The notes: a model not told the origin generated them from the sequence alone. 64,000 bases of DNA from Azolla caroliniana (GCA_043228905.1 JBHGNT010000018.1:2170001-2234000), one strand, 5' to 3'; positions 15,901 through 27,422 are shown, numbered from the stretch's first letter. A program made the numbers and translations.

Positions 15901-16556
15901 TAATTTCCAGCTCCGGTTAGTCTGTCAATTCGGATAGATCTGGATACTGATGTGAAGGATGGTGTTTTACCAGCAATGATGTCTGGGTTTTCGACTGTGG
16001 CCATAATTGGTTTTGTTTTATTTATTTATTTTTGAAGTAAAATTTGAGTTTATGAGTTAAGTGTTTCTTATTGTGGGTAGTTTGTGATGTTGATGGTTTC
16101 TTTTATTGTCGTTTCTGTTTGCTGTTTTTTTGTTCTTGTTTCTGCTGCTGCTGATTTGAACTTGCTGATTGCTGTTGATTTTGAACGCTCTGATTGCTGT
16201 CGATCTTGAACGCTCTGATACCATGTGATAATGTATGTTTGATAATGTATGTTTGTTAATAGCAATTCGATAGAAGCGTTGATTTTATTAATGAGTATGG
16301 GAGTCGGGACTATTAAATAGTCAGACACAAGATATGAAAAATTATTTGGGATATGAACGGTTATTTCTGGATTCATGTGAATTAGTGTTCACAGAGGAGA
16401 GGAGGGAGGAAGAGAGAGAGGTTCATAGAGACGAGGCCGAGTGAAGAAAGCTCAGATTAAGGTGGCAAGGCCGAGGGCAAGCCATGTCCATATGCTAGCA
16501 AGCAAGGTGTCTTGTAGAAGCAGGGAAATTGGCATGCATGTCTCCATAGCCATCAT
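12974..16556 (-). pseudogene. Captured host-like ORF (N-terminal transmembrane protein of unknown function), split by the Copia insertion
   Basis: Removing 13482-16393 and one GAGGA TSD copy joins 16394-16556 in frame with the 160-aa ORF 12974-13456, giving about 221 codons: MMAMETCMPISLLLQDTLLASIWTWLALGLATLI*AFFTRPRLYEPLSLPPSSPPPTNQSNMLDKENES...; one TGA at 16452-16454. Confidence 0.7.
13482..16393 (-). mobile_element. Ty1/Copia LTR retrotransposon, internally deleted (lacks RT), degenerate gag-PR-INT
   Basis: LTRs 16224-16393 and 13482-13630 (TG...CA); PBS TGGTATCAGAGC (tRNA-iMet) at 16212-16223; PPT about 13631-13639; 5-bp TSD GAGGA (13477-13481 / 16394-16398). Gag with two CCHC knuckles, protease WYLDTGATHHM, integrase LIHTDLC..FLTFIDDY, then only the RNase H tail (YTPTNQQVADFLTKAV). 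Confidence 0.95.
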
Positions 16557-16650
16557 ATATTTGTATCTGAGATGTTGTTGAGGTTGAGGGGAAGAAGAAT
16601 AATGGTGAGGTACACAAACCGGTTCATAAACCGCTTTAGGCTAACCGGTT

Positions 16651-16767
16651 TAGGGATCGGTTTGGTTTGGTTTGGTTCAGGTTTGAGAACCCTAAAACGG
16701 TTTAAGACTAAACCGTTTTAGGGTTCTCAAACCTGAACCAAACCAAACCAAACCAAACGGATCCCTA
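16651..16767. repeat. 117-bp near-perfect palindrome with hAT-type ends (mini-MITE hairpin)
   Basis: 46-nt perfectly complementary arms (16659-16704 / 16709-16754) around a 4-nt loop AGAC, plus terminal TAGGGATC / GATCCCTA. Confidence 0.9.
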
Positions 16768-18305
16768 GTGTGTGGTATCGATAAACCTTGTGTTTCTTTT
16801 TTCGATTGACTGGACAAGGAAGAAGTTAAAAAAAAACTTGATGTAACTGTAGATGCATAAATGTATCACCACTAATTTCGGCATTAGTATATATATGTAT
16901 GTGTGCGATTCTAATTCCTGTGTTGATTTCATGCAATTTTCATGTGAACTTAAAGATCCACATTTTGATTATTTTTTTTCATCATGTACATGGACCCACT
17001 CATTAACATCAGGTTTGTTTATTTTATTACTTATTACTTCCACTTTTATCTTTGCATAGTATAGTGTAGTACTTGTAGGAGCAGAGTATCGTGTTTGTGT
17101 TATATATGTACATATTAGGGCAAAACACCCCTGTTATTGCTGTTTTTGTAACGTTTGGAAACTTAGAGACATTTGTTTCGGCAAATACCCAAAACGTCAG
17201 GGGGTATCTTGCCGGATTTCTCCTCTTGTTTTTTAATCACATGATGTTGTGATTGTTTCTTTCTCATTGTGCAGGCCTTTGGATTATTTGTCAAATGAAT
17301 GAATATGATTTTTCCATATGAGGATTTGAGCCTAGTGAATGATATGAAATGTAGTAGTAATTGTATGGAATGATAGGTTTACACAGATTAATCATGCTTG
17401 AATGGTTATTATAGTAAACTCAATTGATATTGTTTAGCTTCTGCTGTTTAGACACTTAAAGAATGTGTGGTTTTGCATTTTTGAAGCTGCAATACAATGG
17501 CTCATGTTCAAAACTGACAACATTGTGCTTGATAAGGTTCATCAACTAATTCAAAACGACAAACAATTTTTCTCCATCAACGTTTTGTAATTCACTGGTA
17601 AATATTTATAGTTGTTATTTCTTTCTACTTCATCTATAATATAAACATCGATCACCTCCTAGTTGCAAACGTTTGTTTACTGAATGTTTTATCATTTTTC
17701 ACTCATCAATTTATATGCACATATGTAAAGTTTTTTTTTGTTGTTTTGTTTCATCTATGAAATAAACAACATATATGTCCCCCAATGAGACTCTTGCAAT
17801 TTTAGGCAATATTTATGTTGGCATAATATTGTGTAATTCCTTGCAGATAATAATGTCCAGTGTCTTTTGAATAATAATATACAATGTTGTCTGTATGGTC
17901 ATAAATGTCTCTTGTATGTATAACAATACAGTATCTTTTGTATAAGAATACTATCTCTTTTTGTATAACAATACTATGTCTTTTGTATAAGACTACCATG
18001 TCTTTTATGGAAGGAAGAAGAAGAAGAAGAATTTATACATTGAGAATTCTGTGGTTGCTTCATTTGAGAAGGGTCTATTATAACTTTGATGACGTTTGAC
18101 CTCATGCCAACAAAATTGTGTTAATGAATAATTGTATTATGCTCTGCTTTTATTACATGACTGAGATACATTGATACAACATTATTGACTTAATTGAATG
18201 ATTAGATATGTTTTCTTTATGTGTTAGCTTTTGTGACATGAATATATGTAATAAGATTGTTAAATCTTATGTCAAATTTAAAGGTCTTTCTTTTAAGAAA
18301 ATAAG

Positions 18306-21236
18306 ATGGGCGATGGAATGATATGGAACGATATCAAGGCTTTGGAGGCTCTTTTAACACCTGCAGGATCCTCAGAGGTGCTGGTCCTATCATTTTTAAA
18401 TCCATTTTCAATTAAATATTGTAATTTAACAAACTATTGCTGTCTAATTTATTTTGCTATAAGTATGAGTTTAAACTTAATTTTCATGTAATTATATAGC
18501 CTAAACTTCAACCACGCAGATATAAATAATTTTTACAGATAAATGATCATATTATTTGAATTTCTGTATATATCTATCTATCTATCTATAATATTTAGGT
18601 AACTTTCCCCAAAGTAAGATATTATTATCTTTTGGTTTTCCTGTCCTTTGTGTATTGATGCATTATACCTACATTCACGCAATCACAATAGAAATGCTTA
18701 TTGCAGCAAATGTGTACCTAATTTTATTACAACCATAGATTGTGTAGAGAGGAAATATGTTATTCCTTTTTGAAATATTTTCAGATTGGAAATGCAATGG
18801 GATATTGAAATTTTCATGGATATAAACACTTCAATGAATTTCTCATGGAGAAAATGTTCTCAAATAACCGTCACGAATCTCTAAGGTCATTTTTTGCTTT
18901 TTTGTATTGGAGAAGGGAAGATGGGAATGGTTCTATAATAATAGAGCAAAAAGTGATTGCTGCAACACCTTTTTCCCCTGATTAGATTGAATAATTTGAA
19001 TAATACTCCCTCAACTGAAAGATGGGCAAAGATCTGCATAACTTTTAGAAAGGGCTAGATTTAAAATGAAAATATCAATGATGTATTCATCCCCTCATGA
19101 TTTCCCTCAATTGCCTTCATCTTCATTTTTGGAAAAAAATGTCTAGAAATGATGGAGAATAGAAGATTGGTTATACTAAATGGTATGTATGGTCTAGCCA
19201 ATAGTGAGTGTGCAACATGCCTACCCACCACTGGAGCAGAAAGTGTTACTGATTACGAGTTAATAAGTGAACAAGATGACCAAATGTTCAAATCCCTCTG
19301 TTTAGGAAACCTAATTGAATGAACTACAAGCTATGTATATGTAAACACCAATCGAAATCACATAGAGACACGGGAAAACATTGTGAAAAAACCAAGGAGA
19401 GAAGGCTTTAAACTATACCATGAAAAATCAGATACATTAGTTTCCATTACATTAGGCTAAACTTGAACTCTTTTGGGGCCATTTAGCTTTATAGAGAGTG
19501 GAGAGCAGTGAATCAGCATGAAGCTCCCATGGGGAAGAAATCAAGGTTTTGTTATTTCAAATTAAGAATTTCCCTCAATATCCATGCTGAGGAATTTGAA
19601 TAAAATTGGGTGTACTCTTACACAAACCAAGTGTGTGATATTTAATTGTGAGAAGCAGAGAATTGAGATTTTCGCCTACAAACTTTCCAAGATTACTACA
19701 TCTCTCTCCCTTTTTCTTCTGAGGAAGTTTGAAAAAATAAAAAGCATTTGTTCCTCTATACTGTAACATTTCTACAGGAAGATAGAAGTTTGTGTCCAAA
19801 GAAGAAAGCAGTTACTACTCCAGCTGCAATTGCAAATAAAAAATCCAAGAATAAAGGACTTGGTAAATGAAATTAGTAAATAACCTTTAAAATGAATGTC
19901 AATGAAAACAATGATAATCAACTGAAAATGCATGGTCATAATACACAATCAATGTATATATCACAGAGAAAGGATGTTCACAAGCTCATTGAAAAGCTTG
20001 AGAGCACAATGGAATGATTATAAATAGAACATAATATAGTTTCAATTTTCATTGCGGCATCTCACATATCAAAGCTTCTTATTTTATGATAAGGATTTAG
20101 TGAAACTCTAGCATGGATTTCACACGAGGCCAAATCATCAGATTTTACCTTCTTTTTTATATTAAGTGATCAGTTTAACTATTTCTTTGAAAAATTATGA
20201 CTCAATGAAGATGTTGATCGCATGTCATGTCATTACCTACTGTGGTACATAGCATATTCACATGTATATCTCCAGTATATTATGTATAAATATATAATGT
20301 TTTACATTATTTCTGACTCTTTCTATATGTAGCACATACATATGCATATCTATAATTATGCATTAATATATAATGGTGTGCATTGTGAAGATGATGACGT
20401 TAAACTTGTCAGGCATTGCAGTATTTGCACACATTTTTTTCCACATTATTTTGCTTATTTCTTTGAGTTGGAATTTTTACTTTTATTGCTCTTTGGCTGC
20501 CCTGAGTTATTTCTATTTGAATTGATGAAAACCTATTTGTTAATGCATACCGTGTAGATGATTTTTGATGTTTTAAATGAATAACTTTTTTTGGGCTCTA
20601 ACCGACCAACCAACCAACCTACAGAAACATCAGAGCAAACTGTTGAGAAGTTGGATCCAGACCTTGAGTTTGGAGACAGATATGGCAGAATTCAACCTGA
20701 GTAACGAACTACCCAATATTTATTGAATAGAGAAAAGCTTTCTAGATTCTACTCTCTATATCTTGCCTAGTATTTCTTTTTGCATTTATTTCTACAAGAA
20801 AACCCCATTAGACATGACAATGTTGAAATATAGGATTGCATTTCTTAGATGTTACAAATAGTGTGAAGATATTTATTTGATCTTGTCAATTGTAAAAGTA
20901 TATAATACATGATGTGTGTTTATGTAAGCAAAATATGTATTTGTTTTACAGGTATGACATCATATACAAACAAGATGTTAGTGCTTCTGATGTCTACCTT
21001 CAGATGGTGAGCACTGAAAAAATTCTTCTAAAAAAGAACAAATAGATTTGTCTTCATTCATTACAGTAGGTTTAAAAAGATGTCAGAATCAAATATTCAA
21101 ACATATTAATAATGTTTTTTTTCCTCCACTTCATTAAATAAATAAATAAATTCATATTTCTGAACTTAAAATAAAAACTGTGAAAATACAGAAAAAACTG
21201 TGAATTTACCAATTCCCTAAATAAATAAATAAATAA

Positions 21237-21269
<33 letters not shown>

Positions 21270-21689
21270 TTCCTTCAAATGCTGTTATCGCATACCACAT
21301 TTTAGTTTGATTCCTTTCATGTCTTTGTAGAGTGAGAAGAATCCATCATCACTTTGTTGCGATGTTATGGTTTTACGAGTTAAACTCCCTCAAACAGAGT
21401 GTGCATCTGATATTCAGTTGGATTTGAGATCAACATATATAAAGCTCAGCACTAATCTATAGTATGTGCCTCTCACCCACACTTTGAGTCTTTTTGTAAG
21501 TTTTTGGCTCTCAAAAATTTACAGCCTTATGCAATGATCTCCATAAATTGGTACTTTATTATGAACTTCAGCTTTCTGGCGCTATATCTACCATATCCAA
21601 CAAAGCATGAAGAATGTAATGCCAAATGGGAAGTTGACACAGAGAAACTCATCATAACCATGCCGATTGTTAGAGAATCCATTTTTTGA
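18306..21689 (+). CDS. DNAAF6: Dynein axonemal assembly factor 6 (PIH1D3/Twister-like), about 178 aa
   Basis: Exons 18306-18377, 19778-19862, 20625-20700, 20952-21006, 21331-21461, 21572-21689; GT-AG, in phase, ending in TGA. Motif D..GRIQPEYDIIYKQDVSASDVYLQMSEKNPSSLCCDVMVLRVKLP followed by a CS-domain-like C-terminus (LALYLPYP..HEECNAKWEVDTEKLIITMPI). Confidence 0.88.
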
Positions 21690-22464
21690 CATTTATTCGT
21701 TTTAACCTACAATTCTGGAGTATTGGCAGTACAAATATCTCTAACATTGTGACAAAGATGAGAAACCCCCTAATTTCCAATGTAATGTTCATGTAAGGAA
21801 GACATATAACTTAAATGTTTATTGGACTTCTACCTCCCCTTGAAAAGTTGCAATCTTTGACCTCTACTGGATATGAAGATGCTCATTTGATGTGACTTTT
21901 GGGGTTTTGTATCATCCTGAACTTGCTGTAATTTGTAAAATTGACATGTGAATCATGACTTATTTGGATATTTCTTTTTAAGATGCTGTAAGAAGCTTGC
22001 AGTGCTTTGTAATGCAATCTATCTTGATACATCAATAACTCTTGTTTGAGAGATTATTTGGAAGATATGTTTTACTTGTTTGGATATTTCTTTTTAAGAT
22101 GTCGTTAGAATCTTGTAGTACTGTATGATGCAATTTATCTTCATACATCAATCTCTCTTGTTTGGAAGACAATGTCAATGAGCATTGGGGGTGTAGCAAA
22201 CTCGGATTGAATTTGTTTCAAGCAGTATCAAGAGCTTCATCTATGGATGTGACAGTTATGTTGTTCCACCCCTTACCTTGGGGTCCTCAAATCATGCTTT
22301 TAATTACAATTTTCATTGTGGCAAATGTAAAATACTTCCATAGATGACTTCCAACCGTTGGGCACATCTTCCAATGCTTGAGAATATTTGATGCACCACA
22401 GGCTTTTCAATTGAATGCTTCACATCAATAGTTCAATTCAACAATGCTGAGGGGATCAAATTTA

Positions 22465-25068
22465 TCACCATGACTGTCTAGAAGACAAAGATAAATGGTG
22501 CGGGGAAATTGTCATCAATGCATGGTCAAGGTACTTCCTGTTGAACTCTGTTTCTCCCAGATTTTGGCAATAATCTAATAGGATGTGCTGTAGTATAAGT
22601 TCTCGTTGGGGGTGTATTTTCTCCAAACTTTCCATGGCCTCATCCAACTGACCAGCACGACCAAGCAGATCAATCATGGAAATTAAGTGTCTGATAGTTG
22701 GAGGGAATCCAAAGTCTTTTATCATAGACTTGAAATACTTTTGGCCTCTTTTAACCGAACCATAATGGCTGCAAGCTGTGAGGATGCTAAGAAAAGTGAG
22801 CTCATCGGGTTGTATCCTTTCCTCTTTCATTCGATGGAAGTAATAAAGGACAGGTCGGTTAGCTCCTTGCCGTGCATATCCCATCATCAATGCATTCCAC
22901 CGAAACAGAAGCTTGGATGGCTCTACGTTGAAGAGATGTTGTGCCTCACTCATACTCCCACATTTACCGTACATATCAATAAGAGTATTAATGAGTTCCT
23001 CCCTCCCTCCACATATAGTACCCTTTTGAGAGATTTGTGCATGAATTCTTTTCCCTATTTCTAAGCTTCCAAGGTCACTCCCACAAGCTCGGAGGAGAGT
23101 GACAAAAATGACATTATCTGGTAGTACGCCTTGTGCTTCCATGTGGGCATAAAAGTTATAAATATCTTCTTGTTCGAGAAATCCCAAGAAAACCATGTTC
23201 CATGATACAACATCAGGAGGAATACCTTCTTGCTGCATTGCATGTGTGCAGTTTAACGCTTCTTCTGGATGCCCATGTTGGACATACCCTCCAATAAGAG
23301 CATTCCATGTAATGACATCTCGGATACTACCCATATCGAAGACATTCGTCAGTTCTTCAACAGATCCCTTGCTAGCATAAAAAGTAACTAAAGCAGTGTT
23401 AATGATAATATCTCTCTCAAAACCCTTCTTTAAAATAGAACCATAGAGTTGTTCACATACTTCTCGTTCTTCTTGTTGACTGCTACAACATAACAAGCAT
23501 GATCCATATGTTGTTGGATTTGGCATTAGACCTTCCATTTCCATGGTGTCCAAATAAGCTAAAGCTTCTTCACAAAGTCCATGATCCGCACAAGCTGAAA
23601 TCATTGTGTTCCAAGTTCTAACATCACGTATTATGGATGAATGGAACATATGTAAAACTTCAGTTATAGCATCACAATGTTTGTAAAAATCCAATAAAGC
23701 ATTCAAACTTGCAGGCTCCCTGTCTAACCCCTTGCATGCAAGCTCAGTATGGATCACTAGGCCTCTGTTAAAGTCACCTAGATTACAACAAGCTCTAAGA
23801 GTCAAAACATAAGTGATAGAATTTGGTGAAATGCCCTCTAATTCCATGCAGTCAAAACCATCAAGAGCTTCTTTTGCAAGGTCACATTCCACATAGCCTC
23901 CAATTAACGAAGTCCATGAGATCACATCTCTAATATCCAACTTCTCAAAAGCTCCTCTCGAATCTGGAATTGAACCGCACCTAGCATACATATAAACTAA
24001 AGAGTTTCCCAGGACAAGATCCTTTTCAATTCCATGTTTCATGATCCATTCATGCATTTTCTTACCTCTATCGATAAGTCCCAATATTCCACAAGCTTTT
24101 AGACAATACGTGAGGGTAATGCCATCGGGATATATGCCTTCAATTAACATAAGCTCAAAGCATGCCAATGCTTCCTCTGCAAGATCACATTCTATGTATA
24201 TGGCCATTAGAAATGTCCATAAGACCACGTCATGTTCAGATATTTCATCAAAGATGTACCATGCTTCTTCGAATAATCTACACTGAGCATACATATCCAC
24301 CAATGCACTCCCAACAAAAATGGACTCCTCAACCATCTCTTCCACTACCTTGGCGTGTATATTTTCACCCAACTCTATCCATCCTTCATATGCACAAACT
24401 TTCAACATGCAGGCAAATGTGTATGCATCGGGTAAAATGTCTTTCATTAGCATTTGTTGATAACACGACATGGCTTCTTCAGAAAACCCTTCCTCTGCAT
24501 ATCCTGATATTAAGGTATTCCATGAAATGAGGTCTGTAATTTGCATATGATCAAATGTACTATGTGCGTCTACCATCATACCACATTTCACATACATATC
24601 AATCAAACTATTGCCAAGAACAACATCATTATGATAATCGAATCCCTTGCAGATAGCATCCGAATGTATGCTTCGACCTCGTTGGATCCATTTCACCATG
24701 CCACATGCTTGGAGCAATGGCACTAATGTGAATGGTGTAGGTGGTATGGCCTCTTCCTGCATTTTCTCATAAAAAGGAAAAACAGAATGTGGTTGATTTT
24801 GTTCAATAAAACTCCTCATAGAAGAAGACCAACTATGTTCATTCCTGTGGGGCAATTTGGAGAAGATTACTCTTGCATCTTCAAATGCACCACAATCTAC
24901 AAGCATAGGAACAATATAGTTCCCTATGGCTGGATTAAGATCCAGCCCATGATTGCATAGCTTCATATATATATTTCTTCCATGGCCCAAATCTTTCATA
25001 GCTCTGCATTCTTTTAATTGGGAAGCAAAGCTCTGCAAAGGAGGCAATTCCTCCATATTGCAAGACAT
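22465..25068 (-). CDS. PLS-class pentatricopeptide repeat protein with degenerate E extension, no DYW (organellar RNA-editing factor-like)
   Basis: Intronless 911-codon ORF (open to 25200; first ATG at 25068) with repeated P/L/S motifs (GNSLIDMYVKCG...SWNTLISGY...PD..TF) ending in ACSHYGSV...MIDLLGRAGQL. Confidence 0.92.
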   Translation of the reverse strand: MSCNMEELPPLQSFASQLKECRAMKDLGHGRNIYMKLCNHGLDLNPAIGNYIVPMLVDCGAFEDARVIFSKLPHRNEHSWSSSMRSFIEQNQPHSVFPFYEKMQEEAIPPTPFTLVPLLQACGMVKWIQRGRSIHSDAICKGFDYHNDVVLGNSLIDMYVKCGMMVDAHSTFDHMQITDLISWNTLISGYAEEGFSEEAMSCYQQMLMKDILPDAYTFACMLKVCAYEGWIELGENIHAKVVEEMVEESIFVGSALVDMYAQCRLFEEAWYIFDEISEHDVVLWTFLMAIYIECDLAEEALACFELMLIEGIYPDGITLTYCLKACGILGLIDRGKKMHEWIMKHGIEKDLVLGNSLVYMYARCGSIPDSRGAFEKLDIRDVISWTSLIGGYVECDLAKEALDGFDCMELEGISPNSITYVLTLRACCNLGDFNRGLVIHTELACKGLDREPASLNALLDFYKHCDAITEVLHMFHSSIIRDVRTWNTMISACADHGLCEEALAYLDTMEMEGLMPNPTTYGSCLLCCSSQQEEREVCEQLYGSILKKGFERDIIINTALVTFYASKGSVEELTNVFDMGSIRDVITWNALIGGYVQHGHPEEALNCTHAMQQEGIPPDVVSWNMVFLGFLEQEDIYNFYAHMEAQGVLPDNVIFVTLLRACGSDLGSLEIGKRIHAQISQKGTICGGREELINTLIDMYGKCGSMSEAQHLFNVEPSKLLFRWNALMMGYARQGANRPVLYYFHRMKEERIQPDELTFLSILTACSHYGSVKRGQKYFKSMIKDFGFPPTIRHLISMIDLLGRAGQLDEAMESLEKIHPQRELILQHILLDYCQNLGETEFNRKYLDHALMTISPHHLSLSSRQSW

Positions 25069-25219
25069 GACCCTGTTCTGATTAACCTCGATATTCACCT
25101 GAATTGGGCATTTTCTTCTTCCTCGAGCTTTATAAGAGATCAAAGAAGCTATGAAATCCTTGGTTTCCAGTATTCCTTTTCTTATTCCCCGTCTATCCAC
25201 ACTCTGAATGGCTTGGGAG

Positions 25220-25486
25220 TAGGGATCGGCAACGGTTCGGTTTAGGTTAACCGGTTTGGTAAACGGCTTGGAAACCTCTCTCTCTCTTTCCCCTTGTATG
25301 TTGTCTCCCTCCCTCTCTCTCTCTTTCTCTCTCTCTCTAAAGTTTCTAACGGCTTAGCCGGCTTGAGCCGGTTTGGCGAGGCTCAAGCCGAGCTCAAACC
25401 GTTAATGCAAGCTCAAGCCTAAACTGAGCCGTTAAGCCGGCTAAGCCAAACGGTTTAGGCTTGAGCCGAGCCGTTGTCGATCCCTA
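25220..25486. mobile_element. hAT-family MITE (267 bp)
   Basis: TIRs TAGGGATCGGCAACGG / CCGTTGTCGATCCCTA; perfect 8-bp TSD CTTGGGAG (25212-25219, 25487-25494); Ac-like AAACGG subterminal repeats. Confidence 0.95.
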
Positions 25487-25823
25487 CTTGGGAGACCACA
25501 ACTCTCAATACACTGGCTCATGATCTTCCTAGACCATGAGATTCTCATTAGGACTCACATAATCGTGTTTAAAACAATCATTTTACCCAACAATTCGCGT
25601 CCTGAGGTTTCCCCATATATATTTTGCAGATATGGATGAAGACCTCCTCGGCTATCAAGTGTTCGGGTTGGGCAATCACTTGACACCACTCTCTTCTCCA
25701 CTAATAGATATGTTGGTCATGTGAATTGGACTTACTTACGCTTCAAATCCATAGGAAGGACGAGAAGCCTCACTTAAAAGTCACGAACTTCCATATGATT
25801 TGCGAGGAGGTCTAAGTCCATAG

Positions 25824-26710
25824 TGTTAGAAATATTGAGAATTGATTAGATAGGCATATAGAGTTACACTTGCCGAGATCTATATATGTATATTATATAA
25901 ACAAACTTTCTGTTACATATGATAGTAGCTGACAATGGTAGTCCACCCATGTGCTCACACCTTAGAGCTTAGATGGGATTTGGACGAGTCAACTACAAAA
26001 TTAGTGGGGATAGATAATAGTGACAACCACGGTGTAAGAGATAAGAGGGAGTGGATTATATTCTCTATTTGGTCTCATTGTCACATCAAATGTGCAAGTC
26101 AAACAATAATAGTGGGGATATTCTTTTCTATCAACTAACTTAGCTCCCTAGATACAAGTTAATGCTAGATAGTACCGATCTTATTAAAGTCAATGGCACA
26201 TACATCAAGAATAAGTACATTTTAACTTGCCCACAAAATATTCTTCTAGATGACTTGACTAGTCAATCCTATTACCCTACTTCCCTCTTTCCTAAATACA
26301 TTCTCTCCTACTCATCTACGATTTCCTACATTGACACCTTTTTTACCCATATGGTCGGGTTGCACAATAGCTACTCCTCATTTGGGGCGCTATCACAAAA
26401 TGTGCACTTAGATAAGAATAAATGTGGGGATAAATTGACCATTGATTATATCTAACACACCCCGTAAATGGTCAACCCATTAAGTTGACTTGGAATTGGG
26501 CCAACTCCTAGTCATTGAAGGTATTGTTGTAGTTGTTCTGCTCAAAGTGCCTTTGTAAAGATGTTCGCAACATTCTCTAATGTTGGATAGTACTCAAGCT
26601 CTATAGTCCCATTATCTATTAGCTCCCGCACATACTGATATTGAATCTCTGTGTGTTTAGTATGTACATGAAATATGGCGTTCTTGGCAATGGCCATGCA
26701 AACTCTGATT
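25824..26710 (-). mobile_element. Copia 3' remnant: RNase H fragment, PPT and one LTR
   Basis: Minus-strand 26545-26700 translates as MAIAKNAIFHVHTKHTEIQYQYVRELIDNGTIELEYYPTLENVANIFTKAL (Copia RNase H). Purine tract about 26458-26464. Candidate LTR 25824-26457 bounded by TGTTAGA...TCTAACA. Confidence 0.75.
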
Positions 26711-27135
26711 GCTTCAATTTTCTTCTTGGATTTTTTTTTCTAACTTTTGAATCTCGCACATTGTTTCAAATGTCGCCACTATCATTGCATGCTTAGAAGA
26801 AGTTGTCTTTCTTCAATTGATCCCTTGATTGGATCTTTGCCAGTTTGATTCGCACCTAGTCTTCATTGAACTCGATCAATCTCGAACTGACAAATTAGGA
26901 CAGAATTGAGAAAAGACGAATTGTTTAGTCAATTTACCTAGTTGGTTTGTCTCGAATGGACTAATTAGAGCATAATTGAAAAAAAAGAATGTTTAGTCGA
27001 TCACCTAATTGGTTCGTTGATTAAATCAACCATTCTCCTTCTTTGTTGTTTCATTGCAAGGTGCAACTTGCGATTGCTTTGGTACCACGTGTTGGTGTGT
27101 ATGGACTCAAAGGTTCGTGGAACACGGAAGTGAGT

Positions 27136-27422
27136 GTTAGGTTTGAGAGCAAAACACTCTTTGCTGTTATATTATAGTATGTTCAACCATATACAAGATG
27201 CGGGGTGATCCTCCATTTATTACACTAGGACAAAGACACTAGAGGAGTTGAGCTTTCACTCCAACACCAAGATGAGGGTTAGGTCTGAGAGCAAAGCACT
27301 CTTTATTGTTATAACTTATATTATAGTATGTTCAACGATATACAAGATGAGGGGGTGACCCTCCATTTATTACACTAGGACAAAGACACTGGAGGAGTTG
27401 AGCTTTCACTCCAACACCAAGA
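27136..27422. repeat. Tandem duplication, about 140 bp x2
   Basis: GTTAGGT.TGAGAGCAAA.CACTCTTT...CACTCCAACACCAAGA at 27136-27272 and 27278-27422. Confidence 0.9.

Larger units (their letters stand above)
12705..16767. mobile_element. Non-autonomous hAT-family (Pack-hAT-like) composite element with captured ORF and nested Copia
   Basis: Left end TAGGGATCAGCAACGGCTCGGCTC... (12705-12880) aligns with the reverse complement of the right end of the MITE at 25220-25486. Right end ...AAACGGATCCCTA at 16767. AAACGG/AAACCG subterminal motifs at both ends. Flanks TACGCAGC / GTGTGTGG do not form a TSD. Confidence 0.65.

Noticed and set aside
12660-17540. Idea that the composite element lies in a 5'-UTR intron of DNAAF6 (telo-box near 12682, acceptor-like site near 17274)
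   Set aside because: The splice and promoter signals are too weak to support without transcript data.
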